From the human T2T-CHM13v2.0 reference genome, Homo sapiens, in NCBI RefSeq assembly GCF_009914755.1, contig NC_060932.1: DNA of 64,000 nucleotides; one strand, given 5' to 3'. Within the stretch, counting starts at the first letter, position 1; each line of letters starts with the position of its first letter. The position numbers and the translations under genes are program-made. Shown here one piece after another: positions 55,399 through 64,000 of the stretch. The notes beneath the pieces were generated by a model. It saw only the letters and a program-made list of their open reading frames with translations, searched no databases and was not told the DNA's origin.

Positions 55399-57249
55399 AG
55401 CCTTTACAACTTCCTTTCTATTTTAACATCACTGTATTTAAGAACAAATTTTTGGTGGAGTTAAAAATAGTAATAAACTTGGTATCATGAAATGTAAAAA
55501 AAAAATGTTTCTAAAAAGCACACTGTACACTCATTAGGCACCCCAGGAAAAATGATAATGTATGTATCATCAAGTTGGCATTTATTTTCTGCCCCAATCC
55601 CTTGGTCCAACGCCGAATAAACTCTATCTGAAAAGCCAACTAAAGTGAATCTCTTATTTTTCAAGCTCAAAGTTACACACATAGAAGGCTCAAGCCACAT
55701 ACAGTGAGTCTTGAGTCTCAGTAGGGTCTTCTTGTCTGTGTTCTGTGTGAGACTCAGCCGTCAGAAATCATTCAGGATTTGACCTTCCTTAGGGGAGATA
55801 GCATCCCTGGAACTGAGGGTCCTTAAAAGCACTCAGGAACTTTCAAAGCAACAGACCAGGTTAAAAAGGAATTAGCATTTCCAGTGAGAAGGGCAGCATT
55901 TCAAAAGCACTCTGGGAGGCAGGATAAGGATCAAAATTCTAAGGTGGATTTAATTTCAAGGTAATCATAGTAATATCCCAGGTACTGAGTTCACAAAAAT
56001 TTACAAGCCAAGCCATTTTATAACTGACAGCAGGACATGAAGAGCTATCCTCCGTGATAAGAAACGCAGTACCCTGACACTGATTTTACTCTGAAAATAT
56101 TGGTGAAAGCGATTGCCTCTCTTGACAGTTCAGGGAACAAGCAGAGGGATAAGTCTGTCACTAGGAGGGCATCGTATCTTCAAAACCTCTTGCCTGACAT
56201 TCTATCAATCTCATCATGATAGCAATCAATGGAATTAAATGCTGCTCTATGTACCCAGCTTCCTATGAACCACTCAGATTTTAACACCTAGTTGTCGCAA
56301 TGTACTTTCAAAGGAAATGAATGGGAACATCACGTTGTAAGAATTTCTAATAGAAACTTGGTTGCTTACCACTAAGTTGACACACGGAAAAAATCAATAG
56401 CCCCCCAGGTCTCCAGAACCCCCATTAGAAAATGTTATTAACTTGATCTGTATAAGACAGCCAACTGGGCACCTACCACACACAAATCGTATTACATGCA
56501 TTGTTCTTAAGCCTTACAACAATTCTTCAGCTCTGGTAAAATCAGCACCTCTCTAGGACAAGCAAACATGGGATGGAGCTTAAATAATTTACCCAAATTA
56601 AACAATTAATAGCCTGGGTATATGTAGCTTCAAAGAACCATCAACATGCTGAATTGTCAATTCAGCTTTAAAAACAGTCTACATTCTGTTTAGAAATTGA
56701 AAGTGGCAAGTTTCAATTAATTCAGAAATGTGGCATATATCATATTTCTGACATTTTCTCATCAATCATAAGACTACATCGTTTTTCCTTCCTGAACCTT
56801 CTATAGAATATAAATTGTCTTAAAATATAAAGCTACCAAAAGAAAAGAAAAGCAAATAGATATAGGCAATGTTTAAAATATATTTTTTTTTTGTGGAAAT
56901 TGGACACTCCAAATCCCTTTGGTGTGAGTTGAGAGTAATAACGTCTTCTTCAATCCTAAATATATTTAAATTTTTAAGTGGCCTAAAGTTAGTATGCAGT
57001 TTAGACACAGCAGATATATTACCAGAAGCTGGCTATTCTGTAGAATTTGCTCTCTGGACCAAGCATCCTACATAAAACACTCAAAAGCAAGCTCCCAGGA
57101 ATGGGAACGGCCCCAGAGTGTCACTAATGCATCATTGCCTGTGTTTATTCTAGGGCAATGTGTGATCCTACAAGTATTAGTAAATAATTTTTCCAAGGTA
57201 CCTTCCCGATCGATATTTTACACTATTTGCCCGGATGCAAAATAAAAGA

Positions 57250-57345
57250 TCTGGCTTCAAAGCCAAAATTGTCACTTCCTAGCTGTATCCCCTTCAATAA
57301 GTTACTTACCCTCATTCAGTTTCCCTTCCTGTAAAACACACTTCC
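57250..57345 (-). mobile_element. MIR
   Basis: tcacttcctagctgt...aagttactta...cagtttcccttcctgtaaaa. Confidence 0.65.
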
Positions 57346-57351
57346 TAGTAT

Positions 57352-57815
57352 TTGCAGCAGACGACGCTGGTTATGTATGTAACAACCTGTATTCTCCTTT
57401 GCTTTCTTATTTACCCAATCATCATTTTCTTTGGAGAGGTAAAGTGCTAGTAATTCACATTCCTAATATTCCTTTCATCTAATGGTGTCCAGGGGATAAG
57501 ATCTTTGTCAATGAGTCTATGTTGTTGGGTGCAGCCCTCTGGAGGGTGGGGCTATATCCTTTTCTGGTTGCCTCTCCCTACTCAGAATGTGGCTGGGCTG
57601 CAGTTGTCCTATGCATGCCGGGTCAGTGCCACGCTGCAAAGAAAGCCCAGAAAATGCCAGAAGGAGCCCAGAACCCAGAAGAAGACAACATATGAGCCCT
57701 CGGATGTCTCTCTCCACGTTTTTATAACACAAAAAAATAAAATTTTAATATAAAACACTATTATTTTTATTTTCCACTACTCAGAACCAAATGTTAATTG
57801 GCTCCTAATTGGTAC
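57352..57815 (+). mobile_element. Old MLT1 (I/J-like) LTR
   Basis: tgcagcagac...gctggtt start and ...tcctaattggtaca end. Confidence 0.55.
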
Positions 57816-57904
57816 AGGGCGCTGATAGGGAATTATAATGGGAGAAATCAGCTAATCTGACATCATATTCATTTCTTATTTTTAAAGGCACTCGTGCCCT
57901 TTCA

Positions 57905-58372
57905 AAAAGCCATTCTAAAAGGTTACATAGTGTATGATTTCGTTTGTATAACATTCTTGAAATGACAAAATTATAGGGATGGGAACTAGATTAGAGGTTG
58001 CTAAAGATTACAGTCTGTGTGGGCGAGGGTGGGATGTCACTATGAAAAGGTTTCCCAGGGGAGGTCTGCCTGGTGAGGGAGCTGGGTGGTATCTCGATTG
58101 TGGCCATGGTCACAAGAATTGATACCTGTGATAAAATCGCACAGAACTCTATACACACACACACACACGGGCATCTAAGAGTCCATGAATCTGGTGAAAT
58201 CTCAAACCAGGTCTGCAGCTCATCCCCTTGCCAATTTGCTGGCTCTGCTTTTGGCTTAGAGCAATGTGACCCTTACCACTGGTGGGAGGGGTGGGTGAAA
58301 CGAAGACAGGACTTCTCTGTACTGTTTTATTCAACCCTTTGGATCTGTAAGTATTTCAAAATAAAGTTACAA
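57905..58372 (+). mobile_element. L1MC/MD-like 3' end
   Basis: aaaaggttacatagtgtatgatt...cattcttgaaatgacaaaattatag...tttcaaaataaag. Confidence 0.75.
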
Positions 58373-58429
58373 AACATCCTGTTTAATAACAGTAGATGTG
58401 CATCTCTTAACAGAGAGATACATTTAGAA

Positions 58430-58651
58430 ACAGGTTTCTCAGCCTCAGCACCACGGACATTACAGGCTGGCTAAGTCTTGGTTGTAGGGCAGTTCTGTGC
58501 AGGTCAGTTTATCTGGCAGATTCTGTGGCCTCCGCCCACCACACGCCAGTCGTACTTCTCCCTGGGTTTCTGACAACCAAAACTGTCTCCAGCCATTGCC
58601 ATTTGTCCCCTGGGTGGCAAAATCCAAACCACCCCCATATAAGAACCACTG
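58430..58651 (+). mobile_element. MER20 (hAT-Charlie)
   Basis: gtttctcagcctcagcac...tgacaaccaaaactgtctccag.cattgcca...agaaccactg. Confidence 0.85.
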
Positions 58652-60654
58652 ATACAGGGGGAAATGAGGAATACTGGAAAGTGATTCTTTATTTTACAAA
58701 GGGAGCTGACATAGAATTATTTTGCATGGTTAACTCCCCTGGTAGAATCAAAGTTTGATTTTGTTGCACAAATATTAAGTACTGCATTTTGAATTATGTG
58801 TTGTGGAAAGGGATAGACACATCTCAAATCACCAGGTTCTTGTATGCCACTGAGGTGTTTTGCTAATAGCTCAGTGCCAAAATTCTTCCCCTCTCTATTT
58901 ATACCAAAGGAAAGGTGACAGGCACAAGAGAATACAAATATCTAAGAGCACTTGTCTTAGCACTCGTGGGGGAAGGAGGATGGCTCTGTATGCAAGTCTA
59001 GCCATGCCTGCTTCTATGCCTTGCTTCAGCTTCCAAACCTTGAGGAAGAAGACATTTCCTTAGGAACCCTGTGGGCTCTTCTTCCTGATAATCACATCTC
59101 ATTTCCATAAAATTAATCAAACAAAGTGTTTTGGTTCAGTAAACTGTATACAACACACAATTTGAATTTCAAAATACAAATTTATATTAACTGACTAATT
59201 AAATGTCTTGAAATTCTTCTTGATTTCTGGGACATGGTGGCTGCACCTCACACAAAAATGTCAGTGCATATGGAAAAGCTTGAGGGATTGGAATAGTGAA
59301 TGTTCCAATTGCTGAGACTATTAATTTCCTGCAAAACTGAAGGTTGACAGACAGAAAACACCTGGATAAAATTATTACTGGAAATAGTTCTCCATTTAAA
59401 CATAAGAATGCCAACTAAATGAGTTTTAATACTCTGTATGTATTATAACTGTGCATTTCATTTGCATTTATCTGCAAAAATATGATAAATAATATAATCC
59501 TTAGATAATTACATGCCAGTGAAAAGTATGACAGTTGATATACATTTATACTGACATATTTTCAGAAGCCCAAAATATTATCAATCTCAACAGAGCTTTC
59601 GAACAAGGCTCACTTTAGTACAAGCTGTAACACAGACACTTTCAACAGAATATACCGACTTCTTTGAAAAGTGAACTAATCATTATTTCATTAAAATATC
59701 CAATTGTGTAGTAAAGACAATACATACGCTACTGATTTAGGTCCTACTGTTTGAATCAGACTACCAAAGTCAAGAGTTGTGTTATTAAAATGCAAAATGC
59801 CAGTAGCTCATATTTCAATGCAAGTTCTTTTCCATGATTTTTTTGCATTAATTTGAAGAATGCAAAATAAGCAGCTTTGAAGTTGCACATGGCCAACACA
59901 CTTAAGTGTACTAAATCAATTCAAGAAAGAGTAACTCCCTCTTAAAATAATTGACTATATTGAAGGAGATGGGGGGTTGATACATGAGGAATTCAGCAGG
60001 AATTTTTGTAAGACAGAATCATAAATTTGGGTTAAAGGAAGAAATTGGGATTATGTGACTCTGGCTCTAATCATATAGAGGAGAAATTTTAATGCCAGAT
60101 TATTTAACTACCTTTTCCAAGACCACACAATGGAAGAGTAGAATCACAGGAATGCGATGCACATCTTCTGACGCCTAGTTCGTGATTTGTCAAAAGTATA
60201 GTGTTTGCTTTGAGGAAGAGTATCAGCTTCTCAGAAGAGCTTACTAAGCAACTCATATGTACAAATACATCTTGGGAGATATATCTGTTGTTTTACTCAC
60301 AGGAAACGGAATTTAGCCATGCAAAATGCATCAACATACTTCGTTTCCTCTTCTGAGCAATCCCTCCTGGAATTTTCCCACTCTCAGTGATCTGTAAGCC
60401 TACATTTTCTTGGACAATAAATTAATTATAGCAAGAGAGAAGCAGGGCAAGCTGCTTATGGAAAGCCGAGGCCTTTCTAGTCATAGAATCAACATTTGTA
60501 AATATATACACAATAAATTTGCCCACGAAATGATGTGCCATATGTCATTTTTGTTTCCCCATGACAATTTAATTTTATCAGTGATAGAAGAATGAGCCGT
60601 GAGTATACATGCTAAATGCTCAGTCTATGACCATTTTCATAATCCATGACACTA

Positions 60655-61048
60655 AAGGTTTCAATTTTATTGATCTTTTCAAAAAGCAACTTGGTTTAAG
60701 TTCATTTTCTCTGTTGTTTTCTCTATTCATCTCTCCTCCAATCTTTATTAATTCCTTCTTTCTGCAAGCTTCAGATTTAGTTTGCTCTTTTTTTATAGCT
60801 CTTTAAAATATATTAGGTTGTTGATTCAATATCTTATATTTTAATGTGATGGTTTACAGCTACAAATGTCCCTCTTGGCCCTGTTTTGGCTGCATCCTGT
60901 AAGTTTTGGTATGTTGTAATTTCATTTTCATTTGTCTCAAGGAAGTTTCCAATTTCCCTTGTGATTTTTTCTTCGATCTAATGATTGTTTAGGTGTGTTG
61001 TTTAACTTCCACATATTTGTAAATTTCCTAGCTTTCCTTCTGCTATTA
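60655..61048 (-). mobile_element. L1M ORF2 fragment
   Basis: tttattgatcttttcaaaaagcaac...agttttggtatgttgt...tttaacttccacatatttgt. Confidence 0.8.
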
Positions 61049-61079
61049 AACTAATAAAAGCAAAATGTACAGTGAATCT

Positions 61080-61392
61080 TTTCGTTTTGTTTTGTTTTTG
61101 TTTTGAGGTGGAGTCTTGCTCTGTTCCCCAAGCTGGAATGCAGGGGTGTGAGCTAGGCTCACAGCAACCTCTGCCTTCTGGGTTCAAGTGATTCTCCTGC
61201 CTCAGCTTCTCAAGTAGCTAGGATTACAAGTATTACAGGCACCCGCCACCACAGCCAGCTAATTTTTGTATTTTTAGTAGAGACAGTTTCACCATGTTGG
61301 CCAGGCTGGTCTCAAATTCCTGACCTCAGGTGATTCTCCTGCCTTGGCCTCCCAAAGTGCTACTATTACAGGCATGAGCCACCATGCCTGCC
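61080..61392 (-). mobile_element. AluS (Sx/Sz-like)
   Basis: Full dimer; TSD cagtgaatctt at 61070-61080 and 61399-61409. Confidence 0.93.
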
Positions 61393-61429
61393 CTGCTGCA
61401 GTGAATCTTGACGCCTCTCCTTTTTCCGA

Positions 61430-61726
61430 TTTTTTTTTTTTAAGATGGAGTCTCATTCTGTCATCCAGACTGGAATGCAGTGGTACGATCTCACTGCAAC
61501 CTCCACCTCCCAGGTTCAAGCGATTCTCCTGCCTCAGCTTCCTGAGTAGCTGGGACTGCAGGCACACACCACCATGCCCAGCTAATTTTTTTTTTTTTGT
61601 ATTTGTAGTAGAGAAGGGGTTTTGCCATGTTGGCCAGGCTGATCTCAAACTCCTGACCTCAGGTGACCTGCCCACCTAGGCCTCCCAAAGTGCTGGGATT
61701 ACAGGTGTGAGCCACCACACCTGGCC
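61430..61726 (-). mobile_element. AluS (Sx-like)
   Basis: Full dimer, in tandem with the previous Alu. Confidence 0.93.
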
Positions 61727-62204
61727 CATACTACTTTAAGAAAATAAGCATAATTTCTGGAGATTCACCTAATTTAAAACAACCTAAAATAACTTTTCAG
61801 GTCCCTCCCATTTCCTCTGGCTTTTATTCACCATGGATATTAATTATTATTATTTGTTGTTGTGTGAGTACTAGTAATCAAAACCTTTAACTAAAATCTT
61901 TTTTAGCCCCTATCCGACTTATGCGGCATTTGCTCAGATGTGTTTTCATTATAGAATCTGGAATTATAAAACACAATAGTAACATTATTCTATATGTGAT
62001 AAACATCACCCCTCAAAAAATCAAATATAAAAGGTGATCCTGTCATTGTGAGATTATTGAAATGCCCCAGGGTAGCATAAAGAAGAAGGCAGTGAGAGGG
62101 AGGCAGCCAGAAGTTCTGGGAGCCCTGCCATGCAGTCCAGGTTCCATCTGTGGTCTGGCCCCGTGGGAGGCTGGTCCACTCCAGGTTATGTGTTAGCATA
62201 GGTG

Positions 62205-62839
62205 CAATACAGGAAGTAGAACAAAAACTATTTATGCAGATAATGAGGGCAAAGAGTCCTCAGCAGAACTTCCCTTGTAACACAAAAAAACCCCAAGAAA
62301 TCACTTCTTTTCTAACAAAGAGCAGCCTGGAAGATCGGGCTGCAAACATAGATAAGCAAGCTAGAAGCTTACACAGGGGGATGCCAGCAGCTGCACAGAG
62401 AGAAACGGCTACGTGGGGCCAGGCCTGTCCACCATGGGGCCCCACCTCTCCCCTAATCAGCACATGCACAGTAAGAAAGAAATGAGCAACATGCAGTAGC
62501 TTAGGCTGAGGACCCACCTGCAAAATAAAAGACTGGAATGGGGGATCCCACAGATTCATGCCCTATGCAGATGGCACACCTGGTCCTAAACAGTTTTTCA
62601 TGCCCTGTCTAGATCAGATACTGCCTCATGATTAGCTCGTCTATGAAAGCCCCTACATTCCACTTTGAGATGGCAACATTTTTTTTCTGGGACTCCTCTC
62701 TGGAGTAGAAAGGTGTTCGCTTTGTTTCTCCTATGAAATTTCTGCTCTAAACCTCACCCTTAGTATGTCCGTGTCCTTGATTTCCTTGGGTGTGAGACCA
62801 AGAACTCTGGGTGTCAAGCCAGACAATGAGGCCACTTCA
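62205..62839 (+). mobile_element. ERV1 solo LTR, MER50-like
   Basis: atacaggaagtaga...gcagataatgagggcaaagagtcctc...ttttctaacaaagagcagcctg...atagataagcaagct; ends cagacaatgaggccacttca. Confidence 0.75.
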
Positions 62840-63794
62840 CATGATTCTGCATGGTGTCACTGGCTGGCTCTTCTGGGACATCAGCCAGGGTTTTAAGAAT
62901 CTCCTGGCTATTGGCACACATTTTCACACCAATCTGTGTGTGTATGAGCGAGTGGTGACGATGGTGAGCTAGAAGAAAGATGGACTTGTGGCAACTCTCC
63001 TCCTCCTTCCTAAAACAGCTGTGTCTGACATTTCCTTGCCTGGTTTTTACCTCTCCTCCATATCCCAACCTTCCCCTCAGATGATCAGGACTTTAGATCA
63101 CCTTATTTGAGAAATGGACGTAGGTTCAACACAGGATTTGATGAGTGATTGCATTCATGCCGTTTGGTGTTATTGTAGATTTACTACGCCAAAATTTTAC
63201 ATTCTATTACTCTGAAACTGATCTGCAATTATAATTATAAAAAATAATATTCTCATCCTTATTCCAAACAATTTGCTTAAAATAACACTTTCAGTATGTC
63301 ATATCTATTGATCAATATATAGACAACATAATAATGGTGAAGACTGTAAACTTCTTGACATATAATCTATATCTGATTCACATTTGAAGTCATTAAAGCA
63401 CACAGCACAATGACCTACAGAAAATATAATTTCACACTGAGATCTATTTTTTAATCAATAGTAAATCATTACTAAATATAAACCATGACATAGCACATAT
63501 ACTTTCAAAGTATTATCATGTAGAGTCTCATACAATCACCTCATTTTATACATTCCCTTCTACTCATAACAAATTAAGTGAATAATGTGTTTTAAGGGCA
63601 AAGATGTCTAAAATACTTTGAGATAAACAGCTCGTAATTCATCCAATGTACCTTTCCATCACCATCTTGGCATGAAGGAAAAGCATGAAAGGACTTATTT
63701 TTGCAGAGGAAGAAATTTAAAGATCAAATTCTGTGCCAAAAATTGTACACAAAGAAAGAGCACCCTAAAACCAGATGCCTATTTTCTGTATTTC

Positions 63795-63985
63795 ATTATT
63801 TTTATTGATAAGGATAGATTACATGACATCTACCTCTTACAAATGTTTAAATGCCCAATATAATATAATTAACTATAAACCGAGATTGTACAGCAGATCT
63901 CTAGAACTTATTCATCTTACATAAGAGAACTTTATACTCCTTGAACAGTGACTCCTCATTTCCCCCTCCCTGATAACAGTGGTTT
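63795..63985 (-). mobile_element. L1MA9/MB-like 3' end
   Basis: ttgtacagcagatctctagaacttattcatctt. Confidence 0.75.
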
Positions 63986-64000
63986 GACTCTGTCAGCGTC

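Noticed and set aside
53884-55490. Long His/Thr-rich (458, 444 aa) and Cys/Val-rich ORFs
   Set aside because: Open in nearly all frames because the CA/TG repeat lacks stop codons; not genes.
56158-56173. CTCF-like motifs (also ~8706 and ~47645)
   Set aside because: Mismatches at core positions; not supportable by eye.

Overview
Non-coding primate (human-like) genomic DNA, AT-rich and dense in interspersed repeats. No protein-coding exon, RNA gene or prokaryote-type system can be supported: the long ORFs come from simple repeats, Alu or L1 fragments. By recognition against remembered consensus sequences (subfamily calls tentative, not RepeatMasker output), the window holds about 16 Alu/FLAM copies and two large decayed L1M elements (one near full length with nested MADE1, Alu and MLT1). 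It also holds four short L1s with 5' inversions (twin priming), solo LTRs (THE1, LTR14A/B-like HERV-K HML-1, MLT1, MLT2A, MER50-like), DNA transposons (MER6, MADE1, MER20), MIR/L2 relics and several tandem repeats. The most unusual signal is a 123-bp piece of local non-repeat DNA (36773-36895). It is copied in inverted orientation into the 3' UTR of an L1PA4-like element 1.84 kb away (38736-38858), with a TGA duplication and a snap-back hairpin at the junction. Two smaller fold-back/templated-insertion scars (2754-2810, 33421-33500) and a CA-rich minisatellite with hidden ~100-bp dimeric structure (54088-55398) are also present.
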